Assembly (NCBI GenBank): GCA_963823435.1
Contig: CAWGLN010000001.1
Coordinates: forward strand, 852,872-916,871
Source of the DNA: an uncultured Gammaproteobacteria bacterium
GTDB lineage: Bacteria > Pseudomonadota > Gammaproteobacteria > Steroidobacterales > BM003
DNA length: 64,000 bases
Direction of reading: 5' to 3'
Under the pieces are notes generated by a model. The model made no database searches. It saw only the letters and a list, made by a program, of their open reading frames with translations, and was not told the DNA's origin. How positions within the stretch are numbered: the first letter of the stretch is position 1; the number at the start of each line of letters is the position of its first letter. The translations under genes and the position numbers were made by a program. Shown here piece after piece: positions 1-10,398 of this stretch.

Positions 1-206
1 CCTACCGCAAGCAGGGGATCATTTTTCGGGGTGCAGCAAACAGTGACGGTTGTTGTGAAGAGAGCTCACCTGGCAGGCCGAATTAGCCTGGTTAGAGGGG
101 TCTTGATGCCTGTCGCAGGAATTGATCCTGTCAGGGCGACTGCATTTTTGTCAGCCTGGTTTTGCTGCAGTTTTATCGCTGTGGCCTGGATGTAGAGGAG
201 TGCTGA

Positions 207-563
207 GTGAAGCACCGTAGCAGTAGTCTCGTCTATTCCACTGACCAGGGCCGTTTGTGCCCGTTGTGCGAGAAACCGCCGGAGCAATGTCAATGCAAGG
301 CGGTCTCCAGCACCCCCGGGGGAGATGGAGTGGTGCGGGTCCGGAGGGAAGTTGCGGGTCGAAAAGGCAAGGCGGTTACCGTGGTGGCCGGCGTGCCGCT
401 GGACGCAAAGGCACTGCTGATCCTGGCCAAGGAGTTGAAAATGCTATGTGGGTCAGGCGGAACCCTGAAAAACGGCGTGATCGAAGTGCAGGGTGAACAC
501 GTGGAAAAAATCATGACTCGATTGCGGGACCGGGGTTACACCGTCAAGCGATCCGGAGGCTGA
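207..563 (+). CDS. yciH: SUI1/YciH-family translation initiation factor
   Basis: 118-aa ORF with a GTG start. LVYSTDQGR..GDGVVRVRREVAGRKGKAVTVV..GVIEVQGEH..KRSGG is collinear with E. coli YciH as I remember it. Confidence 0.85.
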   Translation: MKHRSSSLVYSTDQGRLCPLCEKPPEQCQCKAVSSTPGGDGVVRVRREVAGRKGKAVTVVAGVPLDAKALLILAKELKMLCGSGGTLKNGVIEVQGEHVEKIMTRLRDRGYTVKRSGG

Positions 564-604
564 CCAGCTTGGTGCGCGTATGCTGCACCCGGGAGACGAC
601 GACA

Positions 605-811
605 ATGACAGACAATCGACTGATCGATATAGAGACGAAGCTGGCCTACCAGGAGGATATGCTGGAAACGCTGAATGACCTTGTAATCAAGCAGCAGGCC
701 CGGGTTGAGGCGCTGGAAAATCTTTGTCGGGGCCTGGCCGAACGTGTGCAGCAATTCAAGGACACCGGGCAGACACCGGGCGAGCAATATGAAATACCGC
801 CGCATTACTGA
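605..811 (+). CDS. slyX: SlyX family protein
   Basis: Internal ATG at 605. It is a coiled-coil 68-aa protein, IETKLAYQEDMLETLN...EIPPHY. The C-terminal PPHY and the length match SlyX. Confidence 0.8.
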   Translation: MTDNRLIDIETKLAYQEDMLETLNDLVIKQQARVEALENLCRGLAERVQQFKDTGQTPGEQYEIPPHY

Positions 812-844
812 TGCTGTCTGCTTGCATCGTCGGGGTAGCCTCGA

Positions 845-1150
845 ATGAGCCATTGGCAGGTATACATGCTGCGCTGTCGGAGCGGTGACCTGTATACAGG
901 CATTGCTACGGACGTGCCCCGCCGACTCGCCGAACATGCCAGCGGCCGAGGGGCCAAGGCGCTTCGAGGCAAGGGCCCGTTGTCCTTGCTGATTTCGGCG
1001 CCCGTGGGAAATCGTAGCCAGGCCCAGCGCGTGGAAGCGAGAATCAAACGCCTGCCAAAGGACGCAAAGGAGGTCCTGGTTGGTATCCCGGCGCCGTTGC
1101 AGGAGCTGATAGACGCGGTGCTGCAGGAGAGCGACAGACAGGATGTCTAG
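845..1150 (+). CDS. yhbQ: GIY-YIG nuclease family protein (UPF0213/YhbQ-like)
   Basis: VYMLRCRSGDLYTGIATDVPRRLAEHASGRGAKALRGKGPLSLL matches the YhbQ GIY-YIG pattern closely. Confidence 0.8.
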   Translation: MSHWQVYMLRCRSGDLYTGIATDVPRRLAEHASGRGAKALRGKGPLSLLISAPVGNRSQAQRVEARIKRLPKDAKEVLVGIPAPLQELIDAVLQESDRQDV

Positions 1151-1210
1151 GCAGGTTGATTAAACAGGTCAGGCAGCGTTTGGCGTTGCCATTTCGCCTG
1201 GAGGGTGACT

Positions 1211-1558
1211 ATGGTGCAGGATGAGACCGGGAAATTGCGGGTGCGACTGCAAGCACTTGGCAGACAACTGGGCGAAGAACTTGCTGCGGGCTTGCAGGCG
1301 GGCGCCACGGTGGAGTTGGACCAGTCAAGAGTCGGACGGCTATCACGTATGGATGCCATGCAGACCCAGGCCATATCCCGGCAAGCCAGTCGTCGTCTGC
1401 GTATTCGGCTCGGGCAGGTCGAATCGGCGCTTGCGAGGTTACAGTCGGGTGAATACGGTTATTGCCACGATTGCGGTGAGCCCATTGATCCCAGGCGCCT
1501 GGAAATAGATTTGCTGGTCAACCATTGCATAAGCTGCGCCAGCAAAAATGAAACCTGA
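1211..1558 (+). CDS. TraR/DksA family C4-type zinc finger protein
   Basis: C-terminal CHDCGEPI..N..CISC four-Cys finger follows a coiled-coil region. GGAGGG lies 5 nt upstream of ATG 1211 (a GTG at 1205 is an alternative start). Confidence 0.7.
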   Translation: MVQDETGKLRVRLQALGRQLGEELAAGLQAGATVELDQSRVGRLSRMDAMQTQAISRQASRRLRIRLGQVESALARLQSGEYGYCHDCGEPIDPRRLEIDLLVNHCISCASKNET

Positions 1559-1598
1559 CCATAGCGAGTAATCGTTTCCCAAACCGCACAAGGCGGTC

Positions 1599-3107
1599 GT
1601 GCAAGGCAGTCGTATGAGTGACAAGAATAATCTCCCGTCAGGACACCCGCAGGACGAGTCCCTGGACCCGCCGGATTGGGAGACCACCCGAGCCCTGGGT
1701 CATCGCATGATGGATGACATGATGGACTACCTGCAGAGCGTTTCCGACAGACCCGCCTGGCAGCCGCTGCCCGAGGAGGTTCGGCAACATTTACGTGAGC
1801 CGCTGCCGCTGGGGCCCACGGACGAGTTGCAGGTGTACGAGCAATTTCAGCGTGATGTATTGCCCTATCCCCTGGGAAACATACATCCGCGTTTTTGGGC
1901 CTGGGTCATTGGTACCGGGACCCCCACCGGGGTATTGGCAGAATTCCTGGCAGCCACCATGAACCCCAATATGGGCGGTGGCGTGCACGCCTGCAACCTG
2001 GTGGAGGAACAGGTGCTGGAATGGATGCGCCAGATTTTCGGTTTTCCTGAAGAGTCCAGCGGCTTGCTGGTCAGTGGCGGTTCCATGGCCAACCTGGTGG
2101 GTCTGGCCGTCGCCCGGGCTGTCGGTGCCGGCTTTGATGTTCGCAAGCAGGGCCTGCACCAGGCGCCCCGTTTGACGGTCTACGGTTCCTGCGAACAGCA
2201 TTCTTCCGTACAAAAAGCCCTTGAGCTTATGGGTATGGGGTCGGAATCGTTGAGACTGGTGAGTGTCAGACCCGACCACAGCATTGATCTAGGCGCCTTG
2301 CAGCAAATGTTGCAGCAGGATCGCGCAGCAGGCCTGCAGCCGATTTGCGTTGTCGGTAACGCCGGCACGGTGAATACCGGTGCGGTGGATGACCTGGACG
2401 GGCTGGCAGATATTTGCCGTGATCAGGGTTTGTGGTTTCACGTGGACGGCGCATTCGGCGCCTGGGCTGCGATCGTGCCGGAACGGGCCGGGCAACTGAG
2501 CGGTATCAGTCGTGCCGATTCCCTGGCCTTCGATTTGCACAAGTGGTTGTACATGCCCATGGAAATTGGCTGTGTCCTGGTGCGCAATCGCCAGCAGCAC
2601 AGGGATACCTTTGCATTGACCCCCGCCTACCTCGAGAAGGCCGCACGCGGTGTGGCAGGCGGGGGAAACTGGTTCAGTGAATACGGCATCCAGTTGAGCA
2701 GGAATTTCCGCGCGCTAAAAGCATGGATGTCCCTGAAGACCTATGGTCTGGACAAATACCGTCGATTAATCCGTCAAAACCTGGAACAGGCCGCCTACCT
2801 TGGTCAACAGATAAGCGCAGACCCCCGTCTGCAATTATTGGCGCCGGTGACCCTGAATATCGTGGTGTTTCGTTATGCGCCCGAGGATCTGGATGAGGCC
2901 GGATTGGACGCATTGAATCAGGAGATAATTTTGCGTATCCAGGAAAGAGGTGTTGCCGTTCCATCCCTTACCCGGGTAGATGGCCGTTCCGCAATACGCG
3001 TGGCGCATGTAAACCATCGTAGTCGATACTCGGATATGGACCTGTTGCTATCATCGGTGCTTGAGATCGGCGAGGAAATCCTGGGCGAAGATCCGGGCCG
3101 CGGATAA
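1599..3107 (+). CDS. Pyridoxal-dependent (group II) amino-acid decarboxylase
   Basis: 502-aa ORF with SGGSMANL, HVDGAFG and the PLP-lysine motif DLHKW. The start could be ATG 1614 instead of GTG 1599. Confidence 0.8.
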   Translation: MQGSRMSDKNNLPSGHPQDESLDPPDWETTRALGHRMMDDMMDYLQSVSDRPAWQPLPEEVRQHLREPLPLGPTDELQVYEQFQRDVLPYPLGNIHPRFWAWVIGTGTPTGVLAEFLAATMNPNMGGGVHACNLVEEQVLEWMRQIFGFPEESSGLLVSGGSMANLVGLAVARAVGAGFDVRKQGLHQAPRLTVYGSCEQHSSVQKALELMGMGSESLRLVSVRPDHSIDLGALQQMLQQDRAAGLQPICVVGNAGTVNTGAVDDLDGLADICRDQGLWFHVDGAFGAWAAIVPERAGQLSGISRADSLAFDLHKWLYMPMEIGCVLVRNRQQHRDTFALTPAYLEKAARGVAGGGNWFSEYGIQLSRNFRALKAWMSLKTYGLDKYRRLIRQNLEQAAYLGQQISADPRLQLLAPVTLNIVVFRYAPEDLDEAGLDALNQEIILRIQERGVAVPSLTRVDGRSAIRVAHVNHRSRYSDMDLLLSSVLEIGEEILGEDPGRG

Positions 3108-3132
3108 CGATCAGAAGCGAGGAAGGTCGGGT

Positions 3133-3828
3133 ATGAAGCACCCCGCGCACATAGGCATAGTTGGCGTCAGCGCCGAGGGAGCGGCCCTGTGCTATCGGAC
3201 TATTTGTTCTGAAGCGCCGCTACTTCTCGGTCCACACCAACACCCGGAACTGAGCGTACACACGCTGCCGCTGGGGCGTTATATGGTCGAACTGACAGCG
3301 GGTAACTGGTCCGGGGTGTCAAACCTGCTCCAGGTTTCGGCGAGGAGACTGGAGGCAGCCGGTGCCCAGATCCTGATTTGCCCGGATAACACCGTGCACG
3401 AGGCACTGGATATTTGTCCCCCGGATTCGGCGCTTCCCTGGCTGCATATCGCCGAGGTGGTTGCAGAAGAAGCCCTGGCACGAGGGTATGCCCGGCTGGG
3501 GATTCTTGGCACTGGCTGGCTGATGGAAGGCCTGGTCTACCCTCGCCAGTGTTCGGCCCTGGGTATACAGACCCTGATACCGACTGCGGAACAACGCGCA
3601 CGTATTGACCAGATAATTTTTGACGAACTGGTCAACATGCGTTTTGAGGCCTCTTCCCGGGAATATTTCTCCGGTGTGATTGAATCCCTGGCCGCAAGCG
3701 GTTGTGATGCCGTGGTGCTGGGGTGTACCGAGATACCGCTGCTGATCGAGCAGCCCGACTCCTGCCTGCCCTTGCTGGATTCGACCCGCTTGTTGGCGCG
3801 GGCCGCGCTGCACCTTGCGTTAGCGTGA
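3133..3828 (+). CDS. Aspartate/glutamate racemase family protein
   Basis: 231 aa with a GAGGAAGG RBS before ATG 3133. It has the two-Cys racemase layout (ICPDNTVH ... VLGCTEIPLL). Confidence 0.75.
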   Translation: MKHPAHIGIVGVSAEGAALCYRTICSEAPLLLGPHQHPELSVHTLPLGRYMVELTAGNWSGVSNLLQVSARRLEAAGAQILICPDNTVHEALDICPPDSALPWLHIAEVVAEEALARGYARLGILGTGWLMEGLVYPRQCSALGIQTLIPTAEQRARIDQIIFDELVNMRFEASSREYFSGVIESLAASGCDAVVLGCTEIPLLIEQPDSCLPLLDSTRLLARAALHLALA

Positions 3829-3855
3829 CGCACGGATTAAAGGCACAATACGGGC

Positions 3856-4804
3856 ATGCTTGAAAGTTTCTTCTACATTCCGCTGGGGCTGATTCTGCTG
3901 TATTACGGCGCCGAGGGCCTGGTGTCCGGAGCCTCTCGTCTGGCGCTTGGGCTGGGCGTATCGGCCTTGAGTGTGGGTCTCACGGTGGTCGCCTTCGGCA
4001 CCAGCGCCCCCGAATTATTTGTGTCCCTGCATGCCGCATTGTCCGGTATGGAGGATGTGGCGCTGGGTAATGTCGTGGGGTCGAACATCTGCAATATTGC
4101 GCTGATCCTGGGCGTGGCCGCAGTGCTCAGGCCGGTTGAAATCAACGCGCGTCTGATCAAGTGGGATATGCCGGTATTGATCATTGCGTCGTCCTGGATG
4201 TTGTACGCGCTGGTCAACAAGAACATCGGTCGCGTGGAGGGCGCTATCTGCTTCCTGGGGCTGGTCGCCTATCTGATTTTTAACCTGTGGGAAGCGAGGC
4301 GGGAAGCCGAGCCGGTCAAGGAAGTAATCCAGGGCGTGGTGCCTGAACCAGGGGCCGTCGCTGGGACGCAACCTGCTGTTCATGGTCCTCGGCCTGGCAG
4401 GTCTTGCCCTGGGGGCCAGCTGGTTTGTGCGGGGCGCGATTGTGGTGGCCGAATTTGCCGGGTTAAGTCCCGCGTTTATCGGCCTGACCATCGTGGCCGT
4501 CGGCACCAGCCTGCCTGAGCTTGCGGTCACCGTATTGGCTGCCCGCCGGGGCCAGGGCGACATCGCCGTGGGCAATATCGTCGGATCGAACATTTTTAAC
4601 ATCTTCGGAATCGTGGGTATTACCGCCATGGTTCAGCCGCTGGAGCGCGGTGGCGTGTTGTGGCAGGACCTGGCCATGATGGCGGTGCTCACGGCGGCCC
4701 TGGTTCCCCTGCTGTTGTCAGGTCCCCACCTGACCCGTAGCCGGGGTGTGCTGCTGCTGGGCAGTTACTTCGCCTATCTCGCCTGGCGGATATCGATAGC
4801 GTGA
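3856..4804 (+). CDS. Ca2+/Na+ antiporter (CaCA, YrbG-like), frame-disrupted
   Basis: Two alpha-repeat halves are present (GTSAPELFVS...GNVVGSNICNI and GTSLPELAVT..GNIVGSNIFNI) in frames 1 and 2. They join as VPEPG/PSLGRNLLF if one G is removed from GGGG 4351-4354. The length is 3n+1. Confidence 0.8.
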
Positions 4805-4812
4805 GGCAGTGC

Positions 4813-5793
4813 CTAGCCCCAGAGTTCCCTTTCCGGAAGCTGCATGAGCGACCCGGCGTAGCGTATCGCCGGCTGGCTGTCGCGGGTTTGCCATAGAGGG
4901 CCGTCGAGGTCCACCAGGGCAGCCTGTTGGGCGATGATCATGGCCGGGGCCATCGCCAGGGACGAGCCCAGCATGTTTCCCACCATTACCTGTTTGCCGT
5001 GATGTTTGCACCAGGCAAGAATTTTCAGCGCATCGGTAAGACCGCCGCACTTGTCCAGCTTGATATTGATGGCGTCATAACAGTCGGCAATCCGTTCCAG
5101 GTCCGCACTGCTTTGGCAGGACTCGTCGGCACACAGGGGAACCGGGTAGTTCAGCCCCGCAAGGGCTGGTCATTGACCCATGGGCAGGGGCTGCTCCAGT
5201 AATTCGATCCTGTGTGCGGCCAGCACATCACCCAGGCCTGTCCAGTAGTTCCGGTCGACCAGGATCCGTTGGCGTCTATCATGATCCTGGCATTCGGGCG
5301 GACCTTGCGAATTGCCGAAATCTTGTCGGCAGTGTCCTCGCCATTCAGCTTGAGCTTCAAGTGCGGCATGTTTTGGCACGCCAGGGCCTTGGTGGCCATG
5401 GTATCTGCGTCGGCCATGGCCAGGGTGAAGACCGTGTGCACCGGTCTGCATGTCCATGCCCAGCAGTTCCCACACGCGATGACCCGAACGTTTTGCTTCA
5501 AGGTCCCACAGGGCGCAATCCAGACCGTTCCGGGCACCGCCCGGCGGCAGCAGTTTTGTAATTGATCCCGTGTCAGGCCGGTCTCAAGTCTGGTTGCGTA
5601 CGGCCTCTATTTCACTTCTGATCGACGCTCGCAGTTTCTCCCAGGTAGTCCGCACCCAGGGTTTCCGCGCGCCCCCGGTGACCTGTCCTGTTTCAGGGTT
5701 ACCGTGACGACGGTTATGCTGGTAGTGACTTCCGAGGCGGTGACAAAGGGCTCAACCATTTCCCATTCGGTGTCGACCAGTTCCAGGCTGCAT
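4813..5793 (-). pseudogene. Enolase-superfamily dipeptide epimerase / N-acetyl-D-Glu racemase (DgcA/YcjG-like), multiply disrupted
   Basis: Fragments in three frames rebuild a YcjG-like protein:
- LELVDTEWEMVEPF..VVTVTL
- GRAETLGADYLGETASVDQ
- EIEAVRNQ
- LETGLTRDQLQ
- KLLPPGGARNGLDCALWDLEAK..VWELLG
- PVHTVFTLAM..HLKLKLNGED..IMIDANGSW
- IELLEQPLP
- PVPLCADES..INIKLDKCGGLT..MVGNMLGSSLAMAP..DLDGPL

There are at least six frameshifts plus an in-frame TGA at 5170-5172. Confidence 0.75.
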
Positions 5794-5795
5794 GC

Positions 5796-6813
5796 TCAAG
5801 CGACCGGTTCCAGGTTTGCCAGCAGGCTGTCCACACCGTCAATGATCGGGTCTGCACAAGGCAAGCCGGTGGCGGCCCGGATTTGCTCCAGGTAAGCGAC
5901 GCGCTTGGTCGGGTCAAGCCCGGACGTGTTCACGCTGATACCGATGAAACGGGCGGCCGGGTTGGTAATCCTCGCTGCCTCCAGATATTGCTGCATGCAA
6001 TAGTCGAGGGCCGGAATTGGGAAGCCCGGATAGTCATCTATCTCCACACGACCGGCGTCATGGCATAGCACCAGCGCATCGGGCTGGCTGCCGTGCAACA
6101 AACCCAGGGTGACTGCAGCATAGGCAGGATGGAACAGGGAACCCTGGCCTTCAATCACGTCCCAGTGTTCGGGTTGGTTGTCCGGCGACAGGATTTCCGC
6201 CGCGCCCGCCAGGAAGTCCGATACCACGGCATCCATGGGGATGCCTTCTCCGGCGATCAGGATGCCGGTCTGCCCGGTGGCCCGGAAGGTGGCGCGTTGC
6301 TCCCCGTTGTTCCAGGGCACGGTGCAGCGCGAGGGCCGAGTACTTTTTGCCGACGCAACAATCGGTTCCGACCATCAGCATCCGCTTGCCACGGCGGCGC
6401 TGACCCGTTGCAAGGGGGATGCCCACCGGGGGTACTCTGATATCGATCAGGGCGCGGTCATTGCGATCGGCGGCCTGGCGCAGTTCTTCCACGTTACCCA
6501 GCCTGCTGTGCATACCGCTGACCAGGTCCAGGCCGGCCTCCAGTGCCTCGACCAGTGTGTCCACCCATTCCGGGCTGACATCCCCACCCAGTGGCGCCAC
6601 GCCTATCACAAGGCTGCGCGCGCCGGCTGCGTAGGCCTGGGCGGGCGTCATGTCCGGCAAGCCCAGGTCGACGCTGCAACCAGGCAGCCGTGACTGTCCC
6701 AGGCACAGCTCGGGGCGCCAGTCTTTCAGGCCCCGGCCGGTCTTGGCATCCAGGGGATTGCGAACGGCGCCCAGGAACAGCAGGTAGGGCCCCTTGATCC
6801 TGGTAATACTCAT
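5796..6813 (-). CDS. DUF1611 protein (N-acetyltransferase DgcN-like), frame-disrupted
   Basis: The N-terminal half (..MLMVGTDCCVGKKYSALALHRALEQR) and C-terminal half (EQRATFRATGQTGILIAGEGIPMDAVVSDF..) lie in different frames. They join if one C is removed from CCCC 6302-6305. The length is 3n+1. Confidence 0.75.
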
Positions 6814-8355
6814 TCAGCGCCTCGCCTGATTACCTGGCCCGGGCGCTTGCCGGTGGCTGCGCCATTGGCAAACACCTGTTCTCCGTTCACCCACACACCC
6901 AGTACGCCGGTTGATAACAGTTCGGGTGCCTGGGGCGTTGCATTATCGATAATGGTGTCCGGGTCGAACAGCACCAGGTCGGCGGCGGCGCCTGCCACCA
7001 GCGTGCCACGATTTGCCAGGCCCATGTGTGCCGCCGCCAGGCCGGTCATTTTGTGTACCGCTTCCTCCAGGCTCAGCAGACCTTGCTCCCGCACGTAACG
7101 CCCCAGCACTCGGGGGTAACTGCCACGCGCCCTGGGGTGCAGGTCTTGCAAACCACCATCAGTACACAGATTGGTGTGGGGCCAGAGCAGCAATTGCTTG
7201 ATATCCGAGTCCAGCATACTGGTGCCGATGATGGAGTCGCCGGATTCGCCGGTGCGCTCCTGCCAGTCAATGGATTCTTTGGCCACTTCCATGAATGCGC
7301 TGACCGGGTCGGTGCCGCGTAGCCGGGCCACTTCAACCAGGGTTTTTCCTACATAGTCGGGATGCGCCGGAAAATCAGTGAACCAGAGACCCTCGGGCGG
7401 CGCCAGCTCAGTGAGCGCCAGTTCCACGGCTTTCCTGTCATTGGGGTCTCGTCCCGGCAGCAAGACCATCAGGTTGGCCTGCCAGTATTCGTAGGGATAT
7501 ATGTCGGCGGTAATATCGATGCCCTCCTCGCGAGCCTGATCCAGTCGTGCGAGGGTTTGCGGCGCCTGCCCCCAAAGCCGCTTCATGGCCAGCTTGAAAT
7601 GGGAGATCTGCACCGGCATGCCGGTTTGGCGGCCGATCTCTATGATTTCTTCGAGCGCATCTTCCAACCAACGGTCTTCGCTGCGCATATGGCTGATATA
7701 GCGGCCGCCGTGTCTTGCAGCCACCCGGGCCAGTGCCAACACCTCGGACGGATCGGAATAAATGCCGGGGTCATATTCGATGCCCGTGGACAGTCCCAGG
7801 GCGCCGGCAGCCATGTCCTGCTCCAGCAAGGCAGCCATGGATTTCATTTCATCGTCATTGGCGTGGCGCTGGAAATCCTTGCCCATCACCTTGTCGCGCA
7901 AGGTGTTGTGACCGGAGTAAGCAGCGATGTTCATGGCCACCGGTTCCTGCTCCAGGCGCTGGAAGAACTCGGACAATGGCCAGGAAGACGATCCGTCCTG
8001 ACCTACGATCGCAGTGGTAATGCCCTGGCTGACAGCAGGTACGGCATCGGGCAAGGTCAAACAAATCAGAATCTGCATGGCTGTGGGTATCGATGAATCC
8101 CGGCGCCAACACCTTGCCCAGGGCATTGAGCACAGGTTCATTCCTGAGCGGGGTGAGTTGTCCGATTTCCTTGATCACGCCGTTCTGAACCCGTAGAGAA
8201 CCGCTATAGGCTGGTGCACCTGTGCCGTCAACAATTCGTGCGTTCGTAATTAGCCAACTCGATACAGGCACTGGCGGTGGTGATTCCCGAGTACAGGCCG
8301 CGGCGAGTGCGAGGCCTGCCGCCGCAAGCAGTGCGATCATTTTCCCCTGACTCAT
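6810..8355 (-). CDS. N-acyl-D-amino-acid deacylase (D-aminoacylase) family lipoprotein, frame-disrupted
   Basis: It has a lipobox signal (MIALLAAAGLALAAAC), the amidohydrolase motif GFIDTHSHAD, and then ..AVSQGITTAIVGQDGSS in the next frame. The frames are repairable at GGG 8049-8051. GGAG precedes ATG 8355. The length is 3n+1. Confidence 0.8.
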
Positions 8356-8464
8356 GCGCTGCTCCGTGGTTGTGGTCTGGACCGCGCCAAGGTAGCAGAA
8401 GTGCATGATCTTCGACAATGTACACAACGGCAGGTATTGCCGCGATCTGCCGGGTCTGTCTACC

Positions 8465-9286
8465 ATGGGTCCAAGCCAGTCCCCAGAACAGGAGTCGCAG
8501 TCGGTGAAAGATGTCTCTGCCCACAATCGTCAAGCATGGGATGGCCTGGTCAGCCGCGGCAATCAGTGGACCGTGCCGGTGCCGGACGATCAGATAGAGG
8601 CCGCACGCAGGGGATCCTGGGAGGTGGTCCTGACGCCCTTGAAGCCGGTGCCACGTGACTGGTTTGGAGAGCTGGCCGGGGCGAGGGTGTTATGCCTGGC
8701 CGGCGCGGGTGGGCAGCAAGGCCCTATCCTGGCGGCGGCCGGTGCGACGGTCACCGTGCTGGATAATTCACCGGCCCAGCTGGCGCGCGATGAGCAAGTG
8801 GCCCGGCGGCATGGCCTGGATGTTCGAACCGAGCTGGGATTGATGCAGGATCTTTCCCGATTTCCTGCTGGATCTTTCGACCTGGTATTCAATCCGGTGT
8901 CGAATTGTTTTGTGCAGGATGTCTTACCGGTGTGGCGAGAGGCATTCCGGGTGCTGGTTCCGGGTGGGCGGATGCTGGCGGGGTTTTGCAACCCGGTGCT
9001 GTTCGGGTTTGATCCGGATGCCGCCGGGAAGCAGGCGCTGACATGGAAATATCGTCTTCCCTATTCCGATCTTGAATCGCGCTCACCGCAGGATCTCGAA
9101 CGGCATCTGGCCTCGGGCGAGCCGCTGGAGTTTGGTCACTCCCTTGAAGACCAGATTGGTGGCCAGTTACGTGCGGGTTTTGTGCTTGGCCAGTTGTTTG
9201 AGGACACGGCCCCGGATTGGGAGCTTGCAGAGTACTTTCCGCCCTTTATTGCCACGCTGGCCTTGAAGCCGGGCGGGACCACCTGA
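8465..9286 (+). CDS. Class I SAM-dependent methyltransferase
   Basis: Motif I is VLCLAGAGGQQGPILAAAG, followed by LDNS and later VLVPGG. The start was chosen at the internal ATG 8465. Confidence 0.7.
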   Translation: MGPSQSPEQESQSVKDVSAHNRQAWDGLVSRGNQWTVPVPDDQIEAARRGSWEVVLTPLKPVPRDWFGELAGARVLCLAGAGGQQGPILAAAGATVTVLDNSPAQLARDEQVARRHGLDVRTELGLMQDLSRFPAGSFDLVFNPVSNCFVQDVLPVWREAFRVLVPGGRMLAGFCNPVLFGFDPDAAGKQALTWKYRLPYSDLESRSPQDLERHLASGEPLEFGHSLEDQIGGQLRAGFVLGQLFEDTAPDWELAEYFPPFIATLALKPGGTT

Positions 9287-9311
9287 GCACCGGCAGCCCC
9301 GGAAAATCCTC

Positions 9312-10244
9312 CTAGCCCGCAGTACGTCGGGCTGCGGCCAGCAGGTAGAGAAACTCCAGGGCAAGCGTGGCGCCGGCCAGCGAGGTCAGCTCTGCGTGGT
9401 CATAAGACGGGGCCACTTCCACCACATCGAAGCCACGTATATCCAGCTCGACCAAACCGCGCACAATTTGCAGGGCGCGGTCCGTACTAAGGCCGCCCAC
9501 CACCGGTGTTCCGGTGCCCGGTGCATGGGCCGGATCCAGACAATCAATATCGAAGGTAAGGTAGGTGGGGACGCGGCCAACGCGTTCACGAATCCGCTCG
9601 ATGCAGTCCGTGGCGCTATGTTCATTCACCCAGGCGGCATCCATTACTTCGAAGGGGTGGTTTTCGCGGCCATAGGCGGTGCGTATACCTATTTGTATCG
9701 AGTGGTCCGCCTGTAGCAAGCCTTCGTTCAGGGCCCTGAGAAACATGGTGCCATGATCAAATTCGCCGCCGTCTCCGTAGGTGTCGGTGTGGGCATCAAA
9801 GTGAATCAGCGCAAGCGGGCCGTGCTTTTTGGCATGGGCGCGCAACAGGGGAAGAGAAATGTAGTGGTCTCCACCCAGGGTGATCAGACTCTTGCCGGCG
9901 TTGACCACCTCGGCGGCCTTGCGCTCCAGGCCCTGGCTGAAGCCACGCGGGTCGCCCACCAGGACGGGTACATCACCCAGGTCGGCTGCCTTGAGGAACT
10001 TTCCGGCATCGAAATCCCAGGGCCAACGGGTTTCCTCCCAGGCGAGGTTGGCGGAGGCCTGGCGAATGCCCCCGGGACCCGAGCGGGTGCCCGAACGCCC
10101 GGTGGTCGCGAGGTCAAACGGGGCTCCCAGGATCAGGGCCTGGGCCGAAGACATGGCTACGTCCGTGCACCTGGGGAAATGCAAAAAGGTTGGGCAGGAC
10201 GTGAACAGGGGAAGGTCAGACGCCATTTGAGGACTCCGCGGCAA
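9312..10244 (-). CDS. speB: Agmatinase (ureohydrolase family)
   Basis: GGDHYISLPLLRAHAKKHG..LIHFDAHTDTY..DIDCLDPAHAPGTGTP..VVEVAPSYD is collinear with E. coli SpeB along its whole length. Confidence 0.85.
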   Translation of the reverse strand: MPRSPQMASDLPLFTSCPTFLHFPRCTDVAMSSAQALILGAPFDLATTGRSGTRSGPGGIRQASANLAWEETRWPWDFDAGKFLKAADLGDVPVLVGDPRGFSQGLERKAAEVVNAGKSLITLGGDHYISLPLLRAHAKKHGPLALIHFDAHTDTYGDGGEFDHGTMFLRALNEGLLQADHSIQIGIRTAYGRENHPFEVMDAAWVNEHSATDCIERIRERVGRVPTYLTFDIDCLDPAHAPGTGTPVVGGLSTDRALQIVRGLVELDIRGFDVVEVAPSYDHAELTSLAGATLALEFLYLLAAARRTAG

Positions 10245-10398
10245 TCAGCAAGGAAGGTGTAAAAAGCGAAGGATAGCACCGGTGACCGGCTTATGCAGGA
10301 TGCTACCAAGGTCCGGCGCGCAGGCCGGCCGTCACTGGTCTACTATAGGCCTCCATTGGCTAGCCAATGACGGATCCAGTTAAGGGAGGAAGAGAACA

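Noticed and set aside
5170-5172. In-frame TGA in the epimerase gene as a possible selenocysteine or readthrough codon.
   Set aside because: The gene also carries many frameshifts. No SECIS-like hairpin follows. The position is not a catalytic Cys in the family. A nonsense mutation or a base-call error is the simpler reading.
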